NCBI GenBank assembly: GCA_013239625.1
Contig: MU053934.1
Location: 7,397,352-7,459,351 of the forward strand
DNA: 62,000 bases
Reading direction: 5' to 3'
Source of the DNA: Lama guanicoe
Taxonomy: Eukaryota
Position 1 is the stretch's first letter. Each line of letters begins with the position of its first letter. The translations under genes were made by a program, and so were the position numbers. Under the pieces are notes generated by a model. It was not told the origin of the DNA. It saw nothing but the letters and a program-made list of their open reading frames with translations, and made no database searches. Shown here piece by piece: positions 1 through 11,121 of the stretch.

Positions 1-2059
1 ACTGGGGGGGGCACCTACTTTTTGCCGAGTCCACTTTTGCTTTTTCATTATTTCCTTTTTGAATCTGGTGTCTCATATTTTCTTTCACTTAACTTGTGAT
101 TGGGCAAGCCATGCTTGAGCATGCTCTCTGTCTTAAAAAATATTCATTCTCCATAAAGCAGATCCCTCTTTGTCACCCAGCGGCCCCACCCCACCCGAGA
201 CTTCCTGGGTTTCCAGCTGCATGCAGACCCTTCCAGACCTGTTGTCTGTTACTGGCTACTCTCGTAATGAAAAAGATTAATAGAGGTTATAAAGAGGTGG
301 ATTCGCGGTGAGTCATAAAAAAACAATAATAAAAAAAAACCCAGCATTGATATAAGTCCCTGGGAGCATCCGTGAAGCTTGAAGGGGAGATAAGGCACAG
401 GGGGAGCCAGTAAGGCTGGAGAGGGAGGGGAGCAGAGAAATGGCAAAACCCTGTGGCTTGTTCCTGGGCAGCAGTTTCTGTTGCCTATAGCCTCAGAGAA
501 CGGAAAAATCTTCCAGGGACTGCTGGCTCAACCCTCACCTCGCTGGTGGGGACCCAGGCCCAGGGTGTGAGACCCTCGGGCTAGGGGTGAAGTGTCCTGA
601 GGGTGGGACATCCTGGGTCCCATGGCGGGGGTGGGGCAAGGAGGGAGGATTCTGAGAGATTGCCACCCTTGGGCAGAGATGGGGCTGGGACACTGGCCCT
701 GGGGCTGGAGAGAGTGAGGCTGTTGGCCCTGAGACTCTCTGGCACCAAGGCAGAGAGTGGAATGGCTGAGGTGGGGCGGGAGTGGCCCTGCAGGCTTCTG
801 GGGCAGGCCTTTGGTGCCCTGTGACTGGCCATGGGGCCCAGAGCTGAGGCCAGCAGACTTCCAGATCAGGGGGTGAAGGGGTGTGGTGGGCTTCAGAGTC
901 ATCCAGACCTGGCAAGTGCGGTGCCTCCCTGTGCCCCAGTTTCCTCTTCTGGGAAGTGGGAACAGTAATGAGTCCACTGTGGAGGCCAAGAGGGTATGTG
1001 ACTCAGGGCCCCCTCCTCTGAGCCTGTTGTGAAGTGTAAGTTAGGCTGTGTTGGCCCAGGATGAGCCCACCCTGGCCCTCTGCCGAGCTCCGCTCCTGCT
1101 CCTCAGACCCCAGAGGCCTAGAGCCTTCTCCAGACCCCAGGTCCTGAGCTCTCTGCTTTGCTGGTTCTTGGCCTCTGTGTCAGAGGCGCTCCCGCTGTGA
1201 GTGGCCATAGGCCTTGCGGGCAGGGCCTTTTGTGTGTGCATTTTCACCCACTGAGTGTCCAGTGGCGTTTTTCCCCCTTGGTCAGCACCACGTGGCTGCA
1301 TCTTCCCCTGGAGGGAGAAGTGGCCCCAACACGGACCCCCACATCCCCTCACTTGTCTAGTCCTCACTTGAGTGTCCCCACCACCCTATGAAGCAGGCAG
1401 GGGAGGTTATTCCCATCTGACATAATAGGAAACTGCGACCCAGAGAGGAGTTTTGGCCCGGGTCGTGGAGAATATTGGAGGCAGAGCCGAGGTTTGGGTT
1501 CTTAGTCACCTTCTGACAGAGACAGAAATGAAGGGCAGGGGAGTGGCTTTGCCCCTCTGCCTGAGCCCTGGGCCCCTTGGTGTTCCCTGGCTCTCCCGGG
1601 CCCTCCCTGGGGCCCCATCACAGGGCTGATCTCCCTCAGGCCTGCCAAAGCCAGCTTCCCTACCCAGCCCGGCCCTGCATGACTCAGCTTGGTGGGGTCC
1701 CCTAATCAGGTGATTCAAGAGCCTGGCCCCATGAAGCTCTCCGAAGCTCCCTGCCTGGGCTCTTTCCATCTGCCCTACCTGGCAGGCCGTCCAATCCCCT
1801 TGGTCCAGTGGCGCATAAACACAGCAGCCTGGAAGGGTGGGCAGGAACACAGAGCTCAGGCCCTACTCTGTCTCTGTGGCCTTGGGAGAGCCACTGCCCC
1901 TTCATGACCTCCCTTTGTCTGTACAGCAAGGGGCTGGGGTGGTGGGCTCCACGGCCGGTCAGTGGGCACAGTGGGCGGGTCCTGCTTGGGGATTCCTGGG
2001 CACTGGCTGTGGCAGGGTGACACGGGCACCCCTGCCCACAGAACCTGAGGGAGAAACAT

Positions 2060-2355
2060 GGACACAGGGTGGAACGCAAAGACATGCTCAGTGAAAGAAG
2101 CCAGACCCCAAAGGCCACAAATTGTGATTCCATTTATGTGAAATGTCCAGAAAAGGTAAATCCACAGAGACAGAAAGCAGACTGGTGGTTACTGGAGGCT
2201 GCGGGCAGGAGGGGTCGGAGTGACTGCTAGTGGGTGCTGGGAATGTTTTGGAACTTGGTGTTGATGGTTGCACAACATAGGGAATGCACTAAATGCTGTG
2301 GAATTGTGCATTTTAAAATGGTTCATTTTATGTGATATGACTTTCATTTCAATTA
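2060..2355 (+). mobile_element. Ancient L1 (L1MB-like) 3' end fragment
   Basis: Typical L1MB 3'UTR text: agtgaaagaagccagac...ttccatttatgtgaaatgtccaga...gatggttgcacaac...tttaaaatggtt. Confidence 0.8.
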
Positions 2356-2521
2356 ACCAGAAACAATCGGAAATAAAAACCAAACGGTCAAGAGCCTCTG
2401 AGAGGCCTTGGTGGCAAGTGGGGCGTCTGGGACCAGGGGTGGGAGTCAGGGACCAAGGCGGAGATGAATACATTGAGAAAAATGTAGGAGACTATGCATG
2501 TTAGTGTCCAAACTAGGATAC

Positions 2522-2985
2522 TTCTTTTTTAATGTTTCATTTTGAACTCGTTTTAGACATACAGCAAGTTATAAGGGCAGGACGGAGAGCTCCCCCGTGC
2601 CCTTCACCCCGCTGCCCGTCACAGGGGCGGGGAGTTGACACCCTGCTGGTCTCCCTGCTCACGCGCTTTGTTGTCCCAGGACCCCATCCGTCTGGGATCC
2701 CACGTTGCGTTTAGCTATTATTTTTCCTGAGTCTTCTGCAGTGGATGACCTTTCCCTCCATCTTCCCATGCCTTTCATGACCTTGACCCTTCTGAAGAGT
2801 GCTCGAGTGCAGGTCAGGGGTCAGGTATTTTGTAGAGGGCTCCTCCACCTGCGATTGTGACGTTTCCTTGTGGTTGGACTGGGGTTTGCATTTTAGGCAG
2901 GATACCACAGCAAGTGTGTCCACCTCCCTGGACCGTGCTGTGTGTCTTGTACGGGTGGCATTAATCTTGATCACCTGTAAAAGGG
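2522..2985 (-). mobile_element. Ancient L1 (L1MC-like) 3' end fragment
   Basis: tttcatgaccttgacccttctgaagagt...ggtattttgtagag...gtttccttgtggtt resembles reversed L1MC 3' ends; T-tract at left edge. Confidence 0.65.
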
Positions 2986-4112
2986 ACACTACGGAGAGTG
3001 AGGGGGGCCGTTCACTTGGGACAAAGTGGCCATACATTGGGACCGTCCTGGGAAAAGGCACATATGGTCACCCTGAGGAGACCTGAGGTCTGGCCCTGTT
3101 CAGTGCCTGACCTCCTGGCTCCTGCCGCTCGGCCCCTGGGTCTCGGTGTCCCTATCTGTACGTGAGAGTCTGTATGGTGTGAAGATCCCCCCATCTGCCC
3201 CGCACGTCTCGTTCCAGAGGGGCCTAAGGTGTTGAAACAGCTTGTTAACGTTGCCCAAAGGCCGTCACTTGGCTGTGGATTCGACACATTTATTAAACAG
3301 GCTGTACCTGTGCTGTGGGTGAGAAAGTGGGCTGAGGTGGCCTGGGCTCGCTGGAGACGACACTTCGGTGGCCGGTCTCAGGGCTCCACGTCCACCTGGC
3401 AGCAGCCCAGGGCCCGGGAGAGGTGGGATTTCACACTGTGGTGAGATCAGACCCTCACCCCCCCACCAGGAACAGTGCGTGGTCCCCGGAAAGCGGAGGG
3501 CAGGGCAGGAGGGAGGGGCCGAGACAGGACCATTTACTCCTCAGGAGCGGGCCCTGGGCAGTGCTTGGCCTCCCAGAGCAGCAGTTGGGGTAGGGGGGTA
3601 TGGGGGAACCGTCCCTACTTGACAGGCGAGAAAACTGAGGCCCAGGGAGGGAGGAATCAGAGGCTCTAAATAGCAAAGCCAGAATCTGCTGGATGCCTAG
3701 CACTCTCCGATAGTTCCTTTTAAAATTATGCTCATTATAGACATTTTGGAAAGCAATACCAGAGTAGTGAAAGCTTCAGAAATCCCACCGGGGCCTTAGA
3801 CTCCTGGGCTACCCACTCGTGGAGGGGCCCTGGGCAAACACCGCCGCCTTTGTTGGCAGGTGGGATAAGACGGTCCTCCCCGGGCGAGGATTGAAGGACA
3901 GCGTTCAGGTGGGGCTGGGCCGGGCTCACAGCCATTCCCCAGGACACTTAGTTTTATGATGATGATAAAGCTAACATCTTCACACGTTTGTTACAGTTTA
4001 AAAAATGCGTATCAGTGTTATCGATTCTTCTTTTTTTTTTTTTTTACTAAAATTGTCTTCATTCTGTAGTCAATTTTATACTCTGCTTTTAAAAAAAATT
4101 ATTTAAAAAAAT

Positions 4113-4238
4113 TTGGGGGGGCGGTAATTAGGTTTATTTATTTTTATTTGTTTATTTTTTTTAATGGCAGTGCTGGGGATTGAATCCGGGACTTCTTGAA
4201 TGCTAAGCACATGCTCTACCATTGAGCTAGACCCTCCC
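4113..4238 (-). mobile_element. tRNA-derived SINE (camelid type)
   Basis: Reverse complement reads gggagggtctagctcaatggtagagcatgtgcttagcattcaagaagtcccggattcaatccccagcac plus A-rich tail. Confidence 0.85.
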
Positions 4239-5042
4239 AGCTATGTTCTGCTTTTTGCACTAATGCTATGTTGAGAACAGTTTTCACATTATTAAAGAAG
4301 CCTGCAAGCTGGATTTGGGAGTTGACCAGCCCCCACCCTAGGTGGAGCTGCAAGTTTGCTGAACTGAATTGGGTGTGTGGCTTCTTATCTTATGCAGACA
4401 CCTCAGGTTCTCCAGTTTGGGTCAGGGTGTGTTAGTGGGAGGTCAGCTTCCTCTTTTTGTGATGGGGAAACCAAGGCCCAGTCAGGGGTGCTGACAGGCT
4501 TAGGGTCCCACTGCAGGTCCAGGCAGAGCTGGCCCCTGACTCCCAGCTCAGGCCCTCCTTGCCGTCTGACTGGACTCCCAGCCCGAGTGAGCTCAGCTTG
4601 CTGGGAGCCTAGTAGGTCCTCAGCGCAGACCTTGGGACTGCTGGGCAAGGGGGCTGAAGAGCGTAATGGAGAACCTGGAAGACTGGATTCCCCCTGCCCC
4701 TGCTTGGGGGCTCCAGCCCCGGGGTGGGGGTGACAGCATCCGGGCCTGAGATGAGGCCTTCCTTGCCCTGAGCCCTGCCTGCCTCTCAGGGCTGCGGAGG
4801 GGCCTCCCCAGCCTTAAACTCTTTCACTCTGTCCCTCCTGCCGCTACGTCTATGGCCCTGGGCATCAGGGTGGGAACAGCTCTTTGACCTGGGCAGAGCC
4901 TGGGCCCAGAGTGCTGTGTGACCCTAGGCAGGCTGCTTCCCCTCTCTGGCACACAGAGAGGGGGAGGTGATTTCAGGGTGGGCCTGGGGGTGGGGGTGAA
5001 ACACCTGCACACAGAGACACTCCCACACTGGTAGGCAATGTT

Positions 5043-5152
5043 GATGTCCTATTCCACAGAGGGGAAAACTGAGGCCCACGGAGTTGAAGTGACTTGCCCG
5101 AGGTCACAGTAAGTTGGTAGGGAGCGGGGATTTGAGCCAAGCTCTGATCCCA
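5043..5152 (-). mobile_element. MIR SINE fragment
   Basis: acagaggggaaaactgaggccc...aagtgacttgcccgaggtcacag core. Confidence 0.75.
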
Positions 5153-5719
5153 GTTTTTGCACGAATGATGAAAGAGTGCAGTACCAGGGCGGAAGGTGCA
5201 GAGCGTGAGCTAATGCAGCCTCGCGGAGCGCCGGGCCGGCAGTAGGCCTGGGGAGGAGGAGCTGGGAAGCCTTCTTGGTGGAGGGGACCCAAACTGGCCT
5301 TGGGTGAGGTGGCAGAGAGGAGGGATCACTTGCCAGGATACCCAAGGTCAAGGATGAGGGTGAGAGCAGGGAGGCTGGCAGCTGGAGCAGGAGCTGACAG
5401 GGGGCAGGGGCACCAGAGACTCTTGCCAGCCGGGGCAGCCCTCCAGGTGGGAGCAGGAGTTTGGGTGGAAACGTGCTCCCTGGAGCCCTTGGGCTGGACC
5501 CCGCCTCACACACCTTTTCTACACGTCCTGATTGTTCGATCAATTGAATGATCGACCGGTGAGTGATGAGGGGCTGGTAACAGACCCACCCTAGGTCTGC
5601 GCTCAGTCGGTCCTTGGGAGACGCTGGGGGAGGCCTTACCCCAGCTCTGGAGCATCCCCCCCTCTCACACCAGTGTTTCTTCTCTTTCAGAGCTTTCCAG
5701 AACAGCAGCTGCAGCAGCA

Positions 5720-5904
5720 ATGGTTATGCCCTATGTGCCCGCTGCCATGGCCTTCACGCTGGTGCCCAGTATGGGGGGCTTCCTGGGCTCCCAGTATATC
5801 CACGGAGAGGGCCTCCGCTGGTACGCCGGCCTGCAGAAGCCCTCGTGGCACCCGCCCAACTGGACACTGGCCCCCATCTGGGGCACGCTCTACTCAGCCA
5901 TGGG
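5720..5904 (+). CDS. TSPO: Translocator protein (TSPO/PBR), first coding exon (exon 2; acceptor at 5690/5691, ATG 5720)
   Basis: Translates MVMPYVPAAMAFTLVPSMGGFLGSQYIHGEGLRWYAGLQKPSWHPPNWTLAPIWGTLYSAM(G), with the TspO/MBR signature WY..L.KPSW.PP; tctctttcag acceptor and GG|gtaggt donor; 185 coding nt. Confidence 0.97.
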
Positions 5905-6864
5905 GTAGGTGGGGACGGGTGCCGCCTGTCCGCCTGCTGGAGCGAGGAGGGCAGGGGCAGGCTCAGGCCCGAGGTCAGAGCTTGTCCTCCAGAGTTTGAA
6001 CTGTCTGGGTGCTCCTGGGGCAGCGAGCACTGTTTCCCAGCCTTGTTTGGCAAGTGAAGGTGGAGAAAGCTCTGGGGCCTGTTGGTTGCACAAATGAACT
6101 TTTTCCTCTGGGGCTTCCTGGAAGGGGCGGGCAACCCCATGCTGGCATTCTGGCTGTTTTCACAACTGCAGCGGGAGGCTGGCTCAGTACGTAAAGTTCA
6201 GACGTGGGCATGGGGATGCTTCCAAGATCAACAGCAGTAACAACAGCAGTGATAGCGGCTGTGAGCACTTGCTTGGTGGCAGGCTTTGTCTCGGTTAATT
6301 TTCACGACCCCCCATTTGACAAGGGACCTCCCAAGGACAGGGCCATCGAGTAAGGACCCTACAGAAATTCCTGGACTAGACCCACGAATTGCCATGGAGG
6401 AAAAGCAGGACTGAATGGGTGTGTGCCCCTGGTGGCTCCCACAAGAACTGCACCCAGGAGGCAGGCCAGCTTCCCACCCTCCTCTGGAATGTTCTGTGCA
6501 TGCTGGTTCTGTGCCAGCCCAGTGCAGGGTGGGACAGCAGATGCCAGGCACCCAGGGGGCAGGTAGCAGAGACCAGGCTGATGCTTCAGGATTCTGATAG
6601 GAATAAGACGGTCCTTGAAACCCTGGTGTCCCTGGGCCGCACCCTCCGCCAGCCCCAAGCCCTGCGGGTCAGGCTGCAGCGCTTCCTGCGTCCTGCCCCC
6701 TCCCCCCCCATCCTGGCCCAGGCACCGCTGTTTCCACCACAGCTTGCTCTGGCCTCCAGGCCTCAGCATTGAGACCTTGACAGAGCACAAATCTGGCATC
6801 TCTCTTTTGCAGAACCCCGTGGAGGCTCCCTGTGGCCCTAACAAGGTCAACCCCCTCACAGAGT

Positions 6865-7085
6865 CAAGAGCCCGGGCTCTGACCTCAGACCACCTGGGTT
6901 CAAATCCTCACTTACCTACTAATTGCCTGCCAAGAGATCTTAGCACTCCACCTCTCTGTGCCTCAGTTTCTGCACCTGTAAGATGGGGGTGGTTAATACT
7001 CACCCCCTTATAGCATTATTATAATGCTTGGAATGAGCAGGAGCGGTGACTGCATGTGCAAATGCTGGAGGCCATTAGCTATTAC
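6865..7085 (+). mobile_element. MIR SINE
   Basis: ctgggttcaaatcct...cctctctgtgcctcagtttc...ctgtaagatgggg. Confidence 0.75.
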
Positions 7086-7601
7086 TGGTGGTCTATTGTT
7101 GCCTTTGTGGCCTGAGGGCCCCTGTGACCAGGCCCTCTTCTGCCTTTGAGCCTCACCTCCCCAGTGTGCCCTAGACCTCAACAGTGATGTAGGCTGACCC
7201 GGTCTCATGCATGCCTCTAAGCCTTTGCATATCCTTATTGTCTTCCCAGGCAAACTCTTACTCATCCTCTAAGGCCCAGCCCAAATGTCCCATCCTGTTC
7301 ACTTGCATGCCTCATGTGCCTTCCCCTTTACAGTACTGATGATGGTAATAATTTCAAATGTTTATCGAGTGTCCCATGTGCCAGGCACTGCCAATGTGTT
7401 AACTAGAATCCCCACAGCAACCCAGTGAGAAACGAAGGCCCAGAGAGGTTAAGCAACTTCCCTAGGGTTACAAAGCAGTCAATGGCAGGGCATGCCTGAG
7501 CCATCAATGTGTCATCCCAGAGGTGAGTGTGGCCCTCTGCCCTGAAGGGAGGCTCCTGGCCTCTTCCTTGTTGGTGCCCTGACTGGCAGCCTCTGTTTCA
7601 G

Positions 7602-7740
7602 GTATGGCTCCTACATAATCTGGAAAGAGCTGGGGGGCTTCTCGGAGGAGGCCGTGGTTCCCCTGGGCCTCTACACTGGACAGCTGGCTCTGAACTGGGC
7701 GTGGCCTCCCCTCTTCTTTGGCGCTCGACAAATGGGTTGG
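7602..7740 (+). CDS. TSPO: TSPO exon 3
   Basis: tttcag|G TAT GGC TCC...; YGSYIIWKELGGFSEEAVVPLGLYTGQLALNWAWPPLFFGARQMGW; donor gtaagt; 139 nt, in phase. Confidence 0.97.
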
Positions 7741-7954
7741 GTAAGTGTGGCCTTGGCTTGTTTCCCTGGTCCCTGGAGGCGGCCCCTCCTTGGGGGAAAT
7801 GGGGCATCACGTCCCAGACAGGGTCAGGGTCTAAAGGTGGGGGCAGGGGAGGCTCATGGTCAGCGTCTCCTCAGTAGCTCTTAGGGGACCAGTGCCCCTC
7901 AGTTGCTTTTCCTCCAATGAAGGTAGCCTTGTGGGGCTCTGACTGAAACCACAT

Positions 7955-8050
7955 GGGGGTGGGGGAGAGCAGAGCTCAGTGGCAGAGCACATGCTTAACA
8001 TGCATGAGGTCCTGGGTTCAATCCCTAGCACCGCCGTTAAAAAAAAAAAC
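7955..8050 (+). mobile_element. tRNA-derived SINE (camelid type) in TSPO intron 3
   Basis: gagctcagtggcagagc (A box) ... ggttcaatcc (B box, 8015-8024) plus poly(A) tail. Confidence 0.88.
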
Positions 8051-8344
8051 TAGATAGGGTCACTGGCTTGGGTTTAGGGGCCACTTGTATAGGAAACTTG
8101 CACACCTGGTGCTGTGTGCCCCCACCCATGGCATGGTCAGGCAAGGGTGATTGTTACCCCTTACCTACCATCTCAGTTCCTCAGGTGAGGAAACTGAGGC
8201 ACAGTGTGGGGGAGGGGCTTGACCGGGTCACTTAGAGGTGGAATGGGGTGCTCTCTCCAGTGTAGTGATGGTGGGCAGCTGGGACACAGCCCGTGGGCAC
8301 ACTGAGCCTCAGGCCTCTCTGTCCTCCCTCCCCTGTCTCCGCAG

Positions 8345-8533
8345 GCCCTGGTAGACCTCCTGCTGACGGGCGGGGTGGCAGCAGCCACAGCCGTGGCCTG
8401 GCATCGGGTGAGCCCATCAGCCGCCTGCCTGCTCTACCCGTACCTGGCCTGGCTGGCCTTTGCGGCCACGCTCAACTACTGCGTGTGGCGGGACAACCAG
8501 GGCCGGCGCCGTGGCCGGCGGCTCTCTGAGTGA
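8345..8533 (+). CDS. TSPO: TSPO exon 4, coding part (stop TGA 8531-8533)
   Basis: ccgcag|ALVDLLLTGGVAAATAVAWHRVSPSAACLLYPYLAWLAFAATLNYCVWRDNQGRRRGRRLSE*; contains the cholesterol-binding CRAC motif LNYCVWR; total CDS 513 nt = 170 aa. Confidence 0.97.
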   Translation, partial: ALVDLLLTGGVAAATAVAWHRVSPSAACLLYPYLAWLAFAATLNYCVWRDNQGRRRGRRLSE

Positions 8534-8732
8534 GGGTGCCCACCCTCCGAGGACTGCAGTATGTCCAGGGGTGGTGGCCTTCAGGCTTGTACGGCCAGCA
8601 GGCTGCCTGTCTGTCTGGTCTCAGCCCAGAGGATCACCGGCAGTTTCAGAGGTGCCCCCGGCTGAGCCCCCACTCTAGAAACACCTCCACCCTCTGCTTG
8701 AAGCCCGTGCTCGGAATGTGTTTTACAAGCCA

Positions 8733-8738
8733 GATAAA
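8733..8738 (+). terminator. TSPO: Probable TSPO poly(A) signal, variant GATAAA
   Basis: GATAAA about 200 nt after the stop in context ttttacaagccaGATAAAggtttt, followed by T-rich sequence; position matches the short TSPO 3'UTR expected from orthologues. Confidence 0.5.
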
Positions 8739-11121
8739 GGTTTTAACCTCTTGGCAGTGGCCTTTTTACTTGGGAGGGACCCCGGATGTGGGGAGGACGT
8801 GGGGCTCGTCCTCCCGCTGGATCTGTATGGACTGTGTCATCCAGATGAGGCTGGCCCCGACAGGGCTTCCCCACAATTCTCGGGACCTTCCTCAGACCCT
8901 ACAAGAGGAGAGGTGGCTGCCCAGGCCAGAGCAGCGGACACTGGCGTAGACCAGGCTACAGCCTCGCGCTTCCACTGAGGCAGGAGCCCACCCACCTCCT
9001 TCCCATCCAGGAAGCTCAGCCCAGGCTCTTGAAGGGCGCAGGCCCACAGTCTGCCTGGTCCAATGCCTGGCTCTGCCGGGCCCCCAGCATGGTCCTCAGC
9101 TGACCTGGGCCCTGAGCTGGGCACACCAACCAACATGTCCCTTGGGGCCGGGACTCAGGCCAGCCTCACCAGGGGCAGCCCCATTCATATGCCCCAGCTC
9201 AGCAGCTAGCAGCCTCTTGCTGGCCCAGGCACGCCCAGGTTTGATGTCACCCCGATTTTGAATTGGGTGACCCCGGCCTCTCTCAGCAGCTGTTTGGAGT
9301 GGGGTTGAGGCCACCACTGAGTGACTCCTCCCGCTGTAATTTCCTACACCCCGTGCCACACTCGGCGGCACAGACTCCTAGGACCAGTGTGGGTCCAAGC
9401 TGCTGGGCTTTTTGCTGCTTGTCTGTTTTGGTTGTTGAGTAAGTTAATTCAAATTGGCAAATTCTTTGTATTTAGAGCTCACGCTCATTTTGGCAGGCTG
9501 GGTTTTGCTGTTTCTCGCTCTCACCTTGCCCCCTCTGCGTTCAGACACGACCTAACAGTATGAGGCGTTTGGGGAGAAGGTTGGCAAACGGCTGACTGCG
9601 TTCTCTGAGAGCAGGGGCAGCTCTTTCAGTGGCTGTCCCCCACCAACCCCGGTGGAATTTCATGCCCCACAGAGTGTGCTCCGCAGGAGTCCAGCCACTT
9701 TGCAGCCACGAGCACTGAGCTGAGCCCTCGCTCAGCTCCCCAGCTTTTCTGATGCTCATCTGAGCAGATGGGGGACCCTGTACATCCTTGCCATTGATTT
9801 ATTCCTAAAGTTCTCCCAGCCAGCCAGGGGTGCACCTTGACTTAGCATGTAAATTTACCTGAGACTTCTGGACTCTTCTCAGTGGCATTCAGACTTCTTT
9901 GTCATTTCCACACACTCATGGGTTTGTTCACCTCAGGCAACATCCCACTGGCCACAAAACCATGCACGGCCACAAAGACACCTGGGAAAATGAGTGGCAG
10001 GAGGGTGCACTTTGCCATTTTCTTTGCTCCTTTCTTGCAATGCTCTCCTGCTTCCTCATAATTAGATGGCATTTCTGAGCTGTTGCCATCCACGAGGGAC
10101 TCCAGACAATCACTGTGTTGGTCTAATAGGAAAATCCACAGCTCGCAGATTTAGCAAGTCCTCCTGGTCTGCTTCTTTGCTGGAGCTGCTTCCCGCAGTT
10201 GAGATCTTAAATCTGTCTGTCTCCCTCTCCATCTGACTAGTCCTGAAGGATGCAAACAGGCATTCAGTGGCCCAGGAGGGCTCAGCTGGCGACCAGCCAG
10301 CTGGGAAGCAGCAGTGACTCAGTTTGCCTGGCATTTTGATGTTGTGGTTGACACTCTGGATGCTACAAGATGAAGCCCTGCCCCTCCTGTACCAAGTTCT
10401 GTCATGTACACGCCTCTCCATGAAAGAGCTGCCACGTTTGGACACATTTATGTGGCCACAGACCATCACCGAGAGCGTTTTCTAGGTTTCACTATCAGTA
10501 TCTCAAGGTTCACCTTTTGGGTTTCTTCTGTGTTGCCCTGTTGTAACTCTGGCACAATTATTCCTGCTCCTGAGACCCTCGATCAACCCCAAATGTCTGA
10601 CACAGAATCTGGCTTTGATGAGTTCTTAACACAGAGAAAGTGACTTGGGTGAAGATGGTTACCAGAAAGAACTATTTAGAGGGCTAAGGACCACATCCCC
10701 TGCAGTGAGTCTTCCTGGACGGTGGAGGCCCTGCTTGACGGCCTCCCATGGTGGGTGTCTGACGTCACCGATCAGAGGTGCAAGGACATGAGAATTGGGG
10801 GAAAAGCATGTTTATAATTAAGGCAAGCCTTCATTGCATGGTCCTCTGATCCCAACAACTGGGCCGAGTCCACTGGGATTGTTCTGGGCAACCAGGTTCT
10901 AAGTGATTTGGGACCGAGTGGAAGCAGCACCAGCCCTGAGGCAGCTGAACCACCTGGTACGGGTGCCCGTCCTGAGGGGCACAGGAAGGACCTGGCCTGG
11001 GGGTGGCGGGGGGAGGGGGTCTCTGCATCCCTCGTGTTTTAACATCCAAACCACCAGGGGGCATCACTGCTAGCTGACGGGGCCCACACCTACTCTGGTT
11101 GCCTTGCGAGCACTTAGGGGC

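Noticed and set aside
3780..3930. Mildly CpG-rich patch as TSPO exon 1
   Set aside because: Too short and CpG-poor for the expected CpG-island promoter; exon 1 is probably upstream of the window
6389..6772. 127-aa ORF in TSPO intron 2
   Set aside because: No homology recognised and no convincing splice or start context
7965..8035. tRNA-like sequence
   Set aside because: Has a poly(A) tail and two diverged sibling copies in the window, so it is a SINE and not a tRNA gene
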